Positions 39,467-48,531 of a stretch of 64,000 nucleotides of DNA are shown one piece after another. Position 1 is the first letter of the stretch, and each line of letters begins with the position of its first letter. Origin of the DNA: Oceanispirochaeta sp. (GTDB lineage: Bacteria; Spirochaetota; Spirochaetia; DSM-2461). Made by a program: the position numbers and the translations under genes. The notes beneath the pieces were generated by a model, which worked only from the letters and a program-made list of their open reading frames with translations, ran no database searches and was not told the origin of the DNA. The stretch lies in contig CAXXOA010000001.1 of NCBI GenBank assembly GCA_963666275.2, positions 800,001-864,000 of the forward strand. Direction: 5' to 3'.

Positions 39467-41032
39467 TTAGTTGATAATGTTCCAGGGAAGAAGCTGCTCC
39501 AGAGCCTTACGATCAGTTGAATCAATCCTTGGCAATTTCTCGAAAAGCTGAAAGAGATAATTCTGCGGCTCAATATTATTTGCCTTCGCCGTTTCACACA
39601 GACTGTATATAGCAGCACTCGCATGGGCACCCTTCGGGGAGTCATAGAACATCCAGTTCTTCCGACCGACAACAAAGGGTCTTATGGCATTCTCTGCGAT
39701 ATTGTTATCCGGTGTAGTCACTGCATACTTCATGTAGCGGACAAGCTTTTTATATTCATTCCGAGTATATGAGACTGCTTCTCCCAGCTTCGTCTTCGGC
39801 GGAACCGTTGTAGACATCTCTTTCAGCCACTTTTGGAAGTCCTTCCATATAGGAACGACCTGTTTACGGCGGGTTTCGATGAAAGACCGCTGATCAAAAT
39901 CTTTTTCCCGCAGTTCTTTCTCGACCTTGTAGATTTTCTGAATGAGTTTCAGTGCTGTATTGGCCTTACCGCCACTCTTTGTCGCCTTGGCTGCTTCATA
40001 GAATTTTCTTCTGGCATGAGCCAGGCATCCCACATGATCAAGTTCGTATTCTTTTGCAGCCTTGTAGTACCCGGCGTATCCATCAGTTTGGAGAATACCG
40101 GAGAATCCTTTCAGTAAGGAGAGAGCTACCTCTTCTTTTCTTGTCTGAGAGTAGTTAAACAGGACTATCTTTCGGTCCTCATTAGAACCGACGGTAATCC
40201 ACATATAGGATTTGTTCTCCGGTTTTCGTCCCGGTTCCTTCAAAACCTGGACCGTGGTTTCATCCATATTGATCAACGGTCCTTCCCTGCTGAGTTCTCT
40301 CATCAATTCAATTAGAGGTTCGCACTTCTGTGCGGCTTTAATAGACCAGTTCGCCATATTTGTGCGGCTGATATCCAGTCCTACCCGTTTAAAAATCCTT
40401 TCCATTCGATTAAACGGCAGAGAATCACCGAATTTGCTGACAAGGATATAACTCAGGATACCAGATGAAGCGATGCTTCCTGGCATAATACGGGGCGGAG
40501 CCTTGGATCTGAGAATAGTAGGGAGATCTTCATCTTTTTGAAAATCATCACATGTACAGGGACCGTACTTAAGCTTGATATGTTTTTTGACTATGACTTT
40601 GGCAGGAATGAACTGAAGCTCTTCTGATTCATCTTGTCCGATCAGGGGTCTCTTGGAATGGCAATGGGGACAGATCTTTTCTTCTTCAGGTAAATCGTGG
40701 ATGATCTCTTCCCGTGGGATGCTCTCCGGGATGGGTTTTCTACCGACATTTTTCCCATTGCTGGTTTTCTTTACAGGTTCTTCTGCCACCTGGTCTGAAG
40801 ACTCATCAGTAATCTGTTCAATCTCATTGAACAGATCCATTTGCTTCTTATCTTCTTCCGTCCATTTCTCGCTCTTACGGGCATATTTCAGCCCTTTGAT
40901 AAAAAGGATTTCCTCTTTCAGACTTTCAATAAGAGCATCCTGCTTTTCCTGTTTTTCCTGCATATCCAGGATGAGTTGCTTCAACTGATCGATATCATCA
41001 GGTAGTGATGATCTATCCCTCTCAGATGCCAT
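39467..41032 (-). CDS. tnpC: IS66 transposase TnpC
   Basis: Zinc finger CPHC, DETT, QTDGY, CLAHARRKF, DNNIAEN and GRKNW. Confidence 0.95.
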   Translation of the reverse strand: MASERDRSSLPDDIDQLKQLILDMQEKQEKQDALIESLKEEILFIKGLKYARKSEKWTEEDKKQMDLFNEIEQITDESSDQVAEEPVKKTSNGKNVGRKPIPESIPREEIIHDLPEEEKICPHCHSKRPLIGQDESEELQFIPAKVIVKKHIKLKYGPCTCDDFQKDEDLPTILRSKAPPRIMPGSIASSGILSYILVSKFGDSLPFNRMERIFKRVGLDISRTNMANWSIKAAQKCEPLIELMRELSREGPLINMDETTVQVLKEPGRKPENKSYMWITVGSNEDRKIVLFNYSQTRKEEVALSLLKGFSGILQTDGYAGYYKAAKEYELDHVGCLAHARRKFYEAAKATKSGGKANTALKLIQKIYKVEKELREKDFDQRSFIETRRKQVVPIWKDFQKWLKEMSTTVPPKTKLGEAVSYTRNEYKKLVRYMKYAVTTPDNNIAENAIRPFVVGRKNWMFYDSPKGAHASAAIYSLCETAKANNIEPQNYLFQLFEKLPRIDSTDRKALEQLLPWNIIN

Positions 41033-41076
41033 GAAGAGGATTATAACAGGAGTCCGGTTAAATTAATAGTAGAACT

Positions 41077-41424
41077 TCAAGAAACGGTTTTATATCCCAG
41101 AGACTTATGAGCCTTCCAGAAATCAATACCGTCGAGCAGCATATGGAACTGGTCGTAAGTTATTTCTCCGGCGGCATTTTCATCTGCAGGCCAGGGGAAA
41201 TGATCCTTTTCCAGCCTCTTCAGCCAGAGACAGAATCCATTCCGGTCCCAGTAGAGAATCTTTAAAAGCTTTCGTTGCTTATTGCAGAAGAGAAACAGTG
41301 ACCCGGAAAAAGGGTTCCGCTTCAAGTCTTCCTCGACCAGGATGGACAGCCCGTTGATTTGCTTTCTCATATCTGTATAACCAGGGCTGATGTATATGTT
41401 TAAATCACTGAAGTCTACAATCAT
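41077..41424 (-). CDS. tnpB: IS66 accessory protein TnpB
   Basis: TDMRK..NGL and LKILYWDRNGFCLWLKRLE. Confidence 0.94.
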   Translation of the reverse strand: MIVDFSDLNIYISPGYTDMRKQINGLSILVEEDLKRNPFSGSLFLFCNKQRKLLKILYWDRNGFCLWLKRLEKDHFPWPADENAAGEITYDQFHMLLDGIDFWKAHKSLGYKTVS

Positions 41425-41717
41425 GCTATGGTCCTCAATGATTTAACGATTCGAATCAGGTGGGATTCATCGAAGTACTGTGGAACAAGAATCCGGGAGG
41501 GGCCGACAAGAACCTCAATCATTGAGCTCTTTTTCTCTTCCTTCTTCAGGTTAAGCTTAACAAGTCCGTTTTCTGAAGCCTTCATAGGAGTCTTGAACCT
41601 TCCTTTCCAATCACGGAACGTCCAGTAACTCAGATTCTCATCCCTGCAGAACTCAGCCATGGACTTTCCGCTGGCCTGCCATCTATCGATCATCTCTTTC
41701 CAGTATTCTCGGGTCAT
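41421..41717 (-). CDS. tnpA: IS66 accessory protein TnpA (HTH)
   Basis: W..SGKS.AEFCR....TF..W pattern; first ORF of the element. Confidence 0.88.
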   Translation of the reverse strand: MTREYWKEMIDRWQASGKSMAEFCRDENLSYWTFRDWKGRFKTPMKASENGLVKLNLKKEEKKSSMIEVLVGPSRILVPQYFDESHLIRIVKSLRTIA

Positions 41718-42537
41718 TTGAAACCTCCACTCTGGAAAAGATATTGTGAATGGAGTGGATCAGGAAGATGCAGGGATATTTGCGCTTACAAATCCTGAGA
41801 CCAATGATGAATAGCTTTATCGTTGCAACAGCTGCAACTGTCATTTCTGGAATTGTTGGAGCAATGACCGGATACATTTTTTCAAAATATCCGTTTAAAT
41901 ATTCAAATATTATATTTGTTACGGTAATTCTTGGTTTATATATAGCTCCACAGTCTATATTGATTCCCCTTGTCAGGGTAATGGGAATGACTGGTTTATA
42001 TAATACATATTGGGGATTAATCCTGACTCACGTAGGGTTTGGTGTTCCCTACACAACTCTATTGTTTAAAAACTACTTTGAAAGTATTCCCGGATCTTTA
42101 ATCGAGATGGCTTCCATAGATGGCTGCTCTGTTGCAGAGATTTTTGTTAGAATAATTATGCCCCTGGCAGGTCCTGGATTCGCGGTTGTTGGAATCTTTC
42201 AGTTTACGAATATATGGAATGAATTTTTATTTGGGTTGACTTTAACAAGAGGTAAGGAATTTCAGCCGATAACTGTTGCTGTTTCAAATCTGGTCGGAAC
42301 AACAAGCATCGAATGGAATACCCATATGGCTGGTGCAATGCTTGTAGTAGTTCCAGTCCTGCTGATTTATATTTTTCTAATGAAATATATTGTAAAAGGT
42401 TTACTACTGGGTTCTGTAAAAGGTTAGAAAATAAATCTACATCCAGAATCTGAAGATATTTATTACCTGAAAAATAGGAGCATGAAATTATATTTTATTA
42501 TCCTAAATAGTTGGAATATTAAGGAGGAATTTAAAAA

Positions 42538-43092
42538 ATGTTTTCAATTTTAAGAGAAACATCAATTCAGGAAATACATGAGACATTAAATAAAATCGAA
42601 GAAAATCAAATTTCAAATTTTTGCAATGAAATTATTAATCATAAAAGGATATACCTTTTTGCTTTGGGGAGAGCTTTGTTAGCCGGAAGAGCACTTATTA
42701 TGCGTCTCATGCATATGGGATTTGAGGCTTATGTCGTGGGAGATTTGACTACTCCCAGTTTTTGCGAAGGTGATTTTTTGATTATTCTATCTGCTTCAGG
42801 AGAAACAGATATTTCATTGGTAATTGCTGAAAAAGCCAAGAAGTTTAAGGGAGATATAGCCCTTATTACTTCTATGCCCGAATCGAGATTAGGAAAAATG
42901 GCTGATAATATTGTAAAAATTCCTTCCCAAACAAAGGATATCGATATTAGTGCTCCGGCTTCAATACATCCTATGGCCACTACTTATGAACAAAGTATGC
43001 TTCTACTTTTTGATATTGCTGTACTTATGATTATGAAACAAAAGAATATTTCTGTGGATAGCATGCGTAAACTACATGCGAATCTGGAATAG
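42538..43092 (+). CDS. hxlB: SIS-domain sugar-phosphate isomerase, 6-phospho-3-hexuloisomerase (HxlB/PHI)-like
   Basis: MRLMHMG..AYVVG, SASGET, PM....EQ and C-terminal HANLE. The GRS motif is changed to GRA. Confidence 0.8.
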   Translation: MFSILRETSIQEIHETLNKIEENQISNFCNEIINHKRIYLFALGRALLAGRALIMRLMHMGFEAYVVGDLTTPSFCEGDFLIILSASGETDISLVIAEKAKKFKGDIALITSMPESRLGKMADNIVKIPSQTKDIDISAPASIHPMATTYEQSMLLLFDIAVLMIMKQKNISVDSMRKLHANLE

Positions 43093-43104
43093 AAGGAGAT
43101 AATA

Positions 43105-45090
43105 ATGGATAAAATTAAACTTGAAAAAATTGCCCTTGCTTCTAGGATCTTATCGATTGATGCAATTCAGGAAGCTAATTCTGGGCATCCGGGATTACCG
43201 TTGGGAGCTGCTGAGTTAGGTGCATATTTGTATGGATATGCAATGAATTACAATGCAGATAAACCAGATTGGATAAATCGTGACCGATTTATTCTATCAG
43301 CTGGTCATGGATCTATGTTCCTTTACTCTCACTTGCATTTTGCAGGGTTCAAAATCAGTATTGAGGACATTAAAAATTTTCGGAAACTTGGTGGAATTTG
43401 TGCGGGACATCCAGAATACGGAATCGCTCCGGGTGTTGATGCAACAACTGGCCCCCTTGGTCAGGGACTGGCAATGGGTGTTGGTGTAGCGTTAGGCGAA
43501 ACAATTGCGGCAGATAAGTATAATACTGATGAACATACTCTAATCGACCATTATACATATGTATTGGTGGGTGATGGTTGTCTGGCAGAGGGTATCACAT
43601 CCGAGGCTTCATCATTAGCTGGGCATCTGAAATTAGGTAAACTCATTGTCTTTTATGATTCTAATAGAATAACTATCGATGGAAGTACTGATCTGAGTTT
43701 TACCGAGAATGTTGAAGCTAGGTATCATTCCTATGGTTGGCAGGTATTAAAAGGATCTATGTACAGCTATGATGAGATTGATAGACTTACTCAGGAAGCA
43801 AAAAATATTACAGACAAACCGACATTGATAATTCTTGAAAGTGATATTGGAAAAGGTTCTCCAAATAAACAGGGAACAGCTGATGTTCATGGATCTGCTT
43901 TAGGAGTTGAAGAAGTAGCTTTAACAAAAGAAAATCTTGGAGTTGATCCATCAAAAAAATTCTATGTTGAACCCGAAATATATAAAATTTATGAAAATAG
44001 AAAGAAGGAACTAAAAAATAAATATAATAAATGGATGGATGTTTATGAAAGTTGGAGCAAACAGAATCCAGAACTAGCTATCGATTTTTCAAATGTTAAA
44101 AAATGTAACTTGATCAAAGATGCTATTAAAGCTGCTGGTTACAAATCGGGGGACTCTTTAGCAACTAGGGAGGCATCTGCAAAGGCTATCAGTTATTATT
44201 CAAGTGTTTATACAAATCTTGTTGGAGGCTCTGCAGACCTAAGTACTCCCAACAGAACTTCAATACCAAATTCGACAGTGTATTCGGCGGATAATCGTGG
44301 TGGGCGTTATATTCATTATGGTGTTCGAGAATTTGCAATGGCAGCTATTGCAAATGGTTTGTCATTATATGGGTGTTTTAAACCTTTTGTAGGAACATTC
44401 CTGGCTTTTTCAGACTACCTGCGGCCTGCATTACGTCTGTCTGCTTTAATGAAGTTAGGTGTTTTATATGTATTTACCCATGATTCCATCTATGTCGGTG
44501 AGGATGGCCCTACACATCAGGCGGTAGAACATCTTGCTTCATTGAGGGCCATTCCCAATGTTCTGGTTCAAAGACCTGGTGATCCGGAAGAAACTTTGGC
44601 GGTCTGGGGATATGCTCTGGAAAATGATGAAAGTCCAACTATTTTGGCTCTCACAAGGCAAGGCCTGCCAGTTATTGAAAAATATGATCCAAATTGGATA
44701 GATAATATTAAAAAGGGGGCATATATTGCTAAAGAAGCTACAAAATCGGTAAAAAAGGTTATTATTGCGACCGGTTCTGAAGTTGCACTGGTCATGGATT
44801 CTCTGAAATCCAGTAATGATGATGGTAAATTTGATGACATCAGAGTTATTTCAATGCCATGTCGGGAGCTGTTTTATGCTCAAGCGGAGGAATACCAAAA
44901 AAAATTAGTTCCTAAGAACGCTTCGGTAATGGTTGTGGAAGCAGGAATTAAAATGGGGTGGGAACGATTGGCTGATCCTGATAATATCCTTTCTGTCGAT
45001 GTTTTTGGAGAATCAGGACCTGCTTCAGAAGTCGCTAAGCACTTTAATTTTACGAATGAAAAAGTACTTGAAATGATCAATAACTTATAA
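43105..45090 (+). CDS. tkt: Transketolase
   Basis: SGHPG, DRFILSAGH, ThDP motif GDGC..EG, GVREFAM and EDGPTHQ. Confidence 0.96.
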   Translation: MDKIKLEKIALASRILSIDAIQEANSGHPGLPLGAAELGAYLYGYAMNYNADKPDWINRDRFILSAGHGSMFLYSHLHFAGFKISIEDIKNFRKLGGICAGHPEYGIAPGVDATTGPLGQGLAMGVGVALGETIAADKYNTDEHTLIDHYTYVLVGDGCLAEGITSEASSLAGHLKLGKLIVFYDSNRITIDGSTDLSFTENVEARYHSYGWQVLKGSMYSYDEIDRLTQEAKNITDKPTLIILESDIGKGSPNKQGTADVHGSALGVEEVALTKENLGVDPSKKFYVEPEIYKIYENRKKELKNKYNKWMDVYESWSKQNPELAIDFSNVKKCNLIKDAIKAAGYKSGDSLATREASAKAISYYSSVYTNLVGGSADLSTPNRTSIPNSTVYSADNRGGRYIHYGVREFAMAAIANGLSLYGCFKPFVGTFLAFSDYLRPALRLSALMKLGVLYVFTHDSIYVGEDGPTHQAVEHLASLRAIPNVLVQRPGDPEETLAVWGYALENDESPTILALTRQGLPVIEKYDPNWIDNIKKGAYIAKEATKSVKKVIIATGSEVALVMDSLKSSNDDGKFDDIRVISMPCRELFYAQAEEYQKKLVPKNASVMVVEAGIKMGWERLADPDNILSVDVFGESGPASEVAKHFNFTNEKVLEMINNL

Positions 45091-45248
45091 AGATAAATGG
45101 GGCTGTTGCAAAAGTCTGAAAAGACTTTAGTAGCAGCCTTTTTCTTTTTTGAATGAATCGAACAAAGCATTTAGACTGCAAAAAGGGGCCGCAAAGCGAC
45201 CCCAGCGTGCTACAATTTGTTTAACCACAAACAAATAAAAAGGAGCAC

Positions 45249-45432
45249 GTGGTGAATCTTACAGCATTTTCCCAACATAGACAATTATTTCTTGATTTAA
45301 ACATCTCAATCCCCTTTGAAGTAACAGAACATGAAGCAGCACTTATGATTCTGTTGCAAAACCTAGATTACAGCCAGTTTGAACAACCAAAGCAGAAATC
45401 AGGACGTCCACGAGCTGTCAATTCATACACAA
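45249..45432 (+). pseudogene. N-terminal fragment of an IS1182-like transposase
   Basis: AAGGAG RBS and LDYSQFEQ...GRPRA. Truncated by the left end of IS3. Confidence 0.65.
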
Positions 45433-45482
45433 TGAACCACCCCGGGTTTCCCGGAGACACAATTATATGAGAGGATTGTGTT

Positions 45483-45803
45483 ATGGGAAAAAGAATCAGG
45501 TATGCTCAAGAAGTTAAAGAGCGGGCAGTCAGGATGGTCTTTGATCATGAAAAAGACTATGAATCACGGTGGGCAGCAATAATTTCAATAGCCTCAAAAA
45601 CCGGGTGTACTCCGGAGTCTCTGAGAAAATGGGTAAAACAAACCGAGATAGACCGTGGTATCAAGGAAGGCGTCTCCAGTGAAGAACGGGCAAGAATAAA
45701 GGAACTTGAAAGAGAAGTTCGTGAGCTAAGAGAAGCCAATGAGATATTGCGTAAGGCATCAGCATATTTCGCCCAGGCGGAGCTCGACCGCCGAAAGAAA
45801 TAA
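45483..45803 (+). CDS. IS3 transposase OrfA
   Basis: RAVRMV, LRKWV and [19 protein letters not shown]. Confidence 0.92.
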   Translation: MGKRIRYAQEVKERAVRMVFDHEKDYESRWAAIISIASKTGCTPESLRKWVKQTEIDRGIKEGVSSEERARIKELEREVRELREANEILRKASAYFAQAELDRRKK

Positions 45804-46708
45804 TGGTCAATTTCATTGATAAGAATAGGGAAAATCATGGAGTCGAGCCTCTCTGTAAGAATATTCAGATAGCTCCATCAACCTATTACGAAATGAAATC
45901 ACGGCAATCAGATCCAGACAGAGAGCCTCCAAGAGTAAAAAGGGATAACCACCTGAAAGATGAAATCAAACGGGTCTGGTTTGAGAATAGATGTGTATAT
46001 GGAGCTAAAAAAGTCTGGCAGGCCATGAATAAAGAAGGAATCCCCGTCGCCAGATGCACTGTAGAGCGTTTAATGCGTGCCATGGGGCTTCGTGGTGTAA
46101 TTCGTGGTAAGAAAGTCAGGACAACGATTCCGACGAAAGATAACAGGCCTGATGATCTTGTAAACCGGGATTTCACTGCTTCCAGGCCAAACGAGCTGTG
46201 GGTGGCTGACTTCACCTATGTTTCCACTTGGAGGGGATTTGTTTATGTTGCTTTCATAATTGATGTATTTTCAAGAATGATTGTCGGGTGGCGGGCATCA
46301 ACGTCAATGAAAACGGATTTTACTTTGGATGCACTCAATCAGGCATTGTGGGCAAGACAGGTAACAGAAAAGCTGATCCATCATAGTGATCGTGGTTCTC
46401 AATATCTGGCTATTTCCTATACAGAACGCTTGATTGAAGCAGGAATTGATCCATCAGTTGGGAGTAAAGGAGATTCTTATGACAATGCTCTGGCTGAGAC
46501 AATAAACGGTCTATACAAGGCAGAAGTAATTCACAAAGATGGTCCCTGGCGCTCAATTGAACAGGTTGAACTGGCTACTTTAGACTGGGTGGATTGGTAT
46601 AATAACAAACGGATCATGGAACCTCTGGGATATATTTCTCCACAAGAGTTTGAATTGATGTATTATGAACAGGAAATTAGTCTGGCTGTTACAGTTGGAC
46701 TCAAGTAA
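45803..46708 (+). CDS. IS3 transposase OrfB (rve integrase core)
   Basis: DDE motifs WVADFTYV, HHSDRGSQY and DNALAETINGLYK. Confidence 0.94.
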   Translation: MVNFIDKNRENHGVEPLCKNIQIAPSTYYEMKSRQSDPDREPPRVKRDNHLKDEIKRVWFENRCVYGAKKVWQAMNKEGIPVARCTVERLMRAMGLRGVIRGKKVRTTIPTKDNRPDDLVNRDFTASRPNELWVADFTYVSTWRGFVYVAFIIDVFSRMIVGWRASTSMKTDFTLDALNQALWARQVTEKLIHHSDRGSQYLAISYTERLIEAGIDPSVGSKGDSYDNALAETINGLYKAEVIHKDGPWRSIEQVELATLDWVDWYNNKRIMEPLGYISPQEFELMYYEQEISLAVTVGLK

Positions 46709-46738
46709 ATCGGTCTCCGGGATTCTCGGGGTGGTTCA

Positions 46739-46865
46739 AACAGGTATCTATACAGAATGGCTATTAGTTTGTCTGGCTATGAATGCTGTTCATTTGGGAA
46801 ATAGATTATCCCGAGATGAAGTTGGTAATCCCTTCTATTATCAGATAAAGGATGAATCAGCATAG
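46739..46865 (+). pseudogene. C-terminal fragment of an IS1182-like transposase
   Basis: TGIYTEWLLVCLAMNAVHL resembles the conserved E(W/F).L...A.N end of IS1182/IS5-type DDE domains. Confidence 0.6.
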
Positions 46866-47145
46866 CTCTAAATCCATTTTTTAATAGATAATGTATAGTC
46901 TCAGGTGCATCACATAGGATAAGTGTCAGTAAATTACTAAACAAAATGGGAAATTATCAGAATTTTTATTACCAGAACAGAAGTTGTGATCTAAATAGTG
47001 ATCAAAATAAAAAGAATTTGATTAATGAAAAAAAGAGGCTGTCGCATTTTTACTTTTGCAACAGCCCCATTTTTAGTTATGCACTGGACTTGTACCAATA
47101 TTACAAGTATGGTTATGTTATCCCAATCATGAAAGGAAGTCGTAT

Positions 47146-48294
47146 ATGTACTCTCCGCTGCAAATCAAACAGATAAATCAAATACGCATTTTAAATCATT
47201 TACGACTTAATAAAAGAGCTTCTAGAGCAGATTTATCAAGGGGATTAAAACTTACACGATCAACAATTACTGTTTTAACAAGTGATCTATTGGATAAAAA
47301 ACTGATCCTGGAAACAGATGAAACCAGTCATGAACAAATTACCGGACGTCCGGGGATCTATCTCACTTTGAATCCTTCAGGGAATTATTTTGTTGGTGTA
47401 GAAATCGGAAATGAAATGATTAGTTGTGTTTTAACTGATTTTAATGCACAAATTATCGATAGCAAAAGAAAAACTATTTCAGAAAAGAACCCTGAAGTGG
47501 TCATCGAGGATATCCATTCCATGCTAGATGATCTAGGTCCATCTGAGTGCTATAAAAAAGCCTGTAAAAATGGAATCGGTGTAACTGTTCCGGCAATAAT
47601 AAGCCGTGACGAATCTTCTATAAATGCAAGATTTCTTGAATGGAATGATATTGATTTTAAAACGATGTTGGAAGAATCCATTGGAGAGAAATTCTTCATT
47701 GAGAATGATGCAAACGCAGCAGCATTAGCTGAGTATTATTTTTCTGAGCATGATATTCCCAATAATCTATTTTATCTCTTACTCGATCTAGGAGTCGGAG
47801 GTGGAGTTATAATAGATAATAGAATTTATAGAGGATTTTATGGTGCATCTGGTGAAATTGGTCATTTTCATGTACCTGTCATGAAAAATGATGGTCAGAT
47901 ATCTGATATCTTGAATTGGGAACAATTGATTGGAAAAAATGCTTTATTGAATATCTATAAAACAATTTCAAAAAATGATTGTGAATATAATGAATTTTGT
48001 AAAAAAATTTCTGATAATGATATTGCTTGCATAGATTCTATAAAACAATGGGCTGACAGAATTTATCTGACTGTAGACTGGATTAATAATCTGTTAAATC
48101 CAGGTGTTATAGTCATTGGGGGTGAAATGTCACGATTTTATCCTATTATGTTAGAGTATTTAAAAGAGAAACATAAAAGCAATGATTGGGGACAATTCAA
48201 TAATTGGAAACAATCAATCTTTCATGATAAAGGCAGTATCATGGGAAGTGTCGCTTTGGTATATAGCACTATCTTTTCAATGCCTACTGTTTAA
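47146..48294 (+). CDS. ROK-family transcriptional repressor (HTH + ROK)
   Basis: SRADLSRGLKLTRSTIT, GRP, ENDANAAALAE and GEIGH. Confidence 0.92.
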   Translation: MYSPLQIKQINQIRILNHLRLNKRASRADLSRGLKLTRSTITVLTSDLLDKKLILETDETSHEQITGRPGIYLTLNPSGNYFVGVEIGNEMISCVLTDFNAQIIDSKRKTISEKNPEVVIEDIHSMLDDLGPSECYKKACKNGIGVTVPAIISRDESSINARFLEWNDIDFKTMLEESIGEKFFIENDANAAALAEYYFSEHDIPNNLFYLLLDLGVGGGVIIDNRIYRGFYGASGEIGHFHVPVMKNDGQISDILNWEQLIGKNALLNIYKTISKNDCEYNEFCKKISDNDIACIDSIKQWADRIYLTVDWINNLLNPGVIVIGGEMSRFYPIMLEYLKEKHKSNDWGQFNNWKQSIFHDKGSIMGSVALVYSTIFSMPTV

Positions 48295-48313
48295 TATCAA
48301 ATATTACTTTTCC

Positions 48314-48414
48314 ATTCTTCAATTTTGGCAGCAATATCCCGGTCGATCAAATAGATGCAGACCTTATTGGCTCTGTTTCTGGAGAAACCGAAGCTATTCA
48401 TCAGTTTGTGAATC
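48314..48414 (-). repeat. Diverged copy of the last ~100 bp of the second prkA-like gene (49742-49842)
   Basis: Ungapped manual alignment gives 81/101 identity. It encodes IHKLMNSFGFSRNRANKVCIYLIDRDIAAKIEE, against IHKLMNRYGYTENGAKEVCIYVIDRDIAAKFEE in the gene. Confidence 0.85.
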
Positions 48415-48531
48415 GAGCCTTCTGAGTTTTCCATTTTTCCCAATGGTATTCAGCCATTCCTGGAAGCGGAATAGTCTATTTGCAAGCATAGCGGCAGGTA
48501 CGACTCTGTTTATAACATAGATTGAGCAAGA

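Larger units (their letters stand above)
39438..41789 (-). mobile_element. IS66-family insertion sequence (2352 bp)
   Basis: Terminal inverted repeats GTAAGCGC(T/A)AATATC... match 19/22. The 8-bp target duplication AAATCCTG is at 39430-39437 and 41790-41797. Carries tnpA-tnpB-tnpC. Confidence 0.96.
39240..42427 (+). pseudogene. Carbohydrate ABC transporter permease 2, interrupted by IS66
   Basis: Joining 39240-39437 to 41798-42427 restores one frame (...FHEIL|RPMMNSF...; 275 aa) containing EMASIDG and WNEF. Confidence 0.92.
45433..46738 (+). mobile_element. IS3-family insertion sequence (IS629/IS51-like, 1306 bp)
   Basis: TG...CA ends with inverted repeats matching 23/26 (TGAACCACCCCG...), and orfA/orfB. 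No 3-4 bp target duplication. Confidence 0.93.
45095..47072 (+). mobile_element. IS1182-like element remnant, internally deleted, with a nested IS3
   Basis: Perfect 21-bp inverted repeats AAATGGGGCTGTTGCAAAAGT at 45095-45115 and 47052-47072. Transposase N-terminal fragment (LDYSQF..GRP) and C-terminal fragment (EWLLVCLAMN) flank the IS3. Confidence 0.75.
35600..48300. mobile_element. AT-rich, probably horizontally acquired sugar-utilisation island containing IS elements (boundaries approximate)
   Basis: Abrupt visible shift to AT-rich sequence and A/T-ending codons, and three IS-type elements inside. No integrase seen. Confidence 0.7.

Noticed and set aside
41077..41424. 'tnpB' as an RNA-guided Cas12-ancestor nuclease
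   Set aside because: This is the 115-aa IS66 accessory TnpB, unrelated to IS200/IS605 TnpB, and it has no RuvC motifs.
42538..45090. Complete RuMP formaldehyde-fixation pathway
   Set aside because: No hexulose-6-phosphate synthase gene is present here, and the context is sugar import and phosphorylation.
48182..48520. 112-aa plus-strand ORF overlapping the end of the ROK repressor
   Set aside because: No motifs. The region is better explained by the minus-strand duplicated prkA' 3' fragment.
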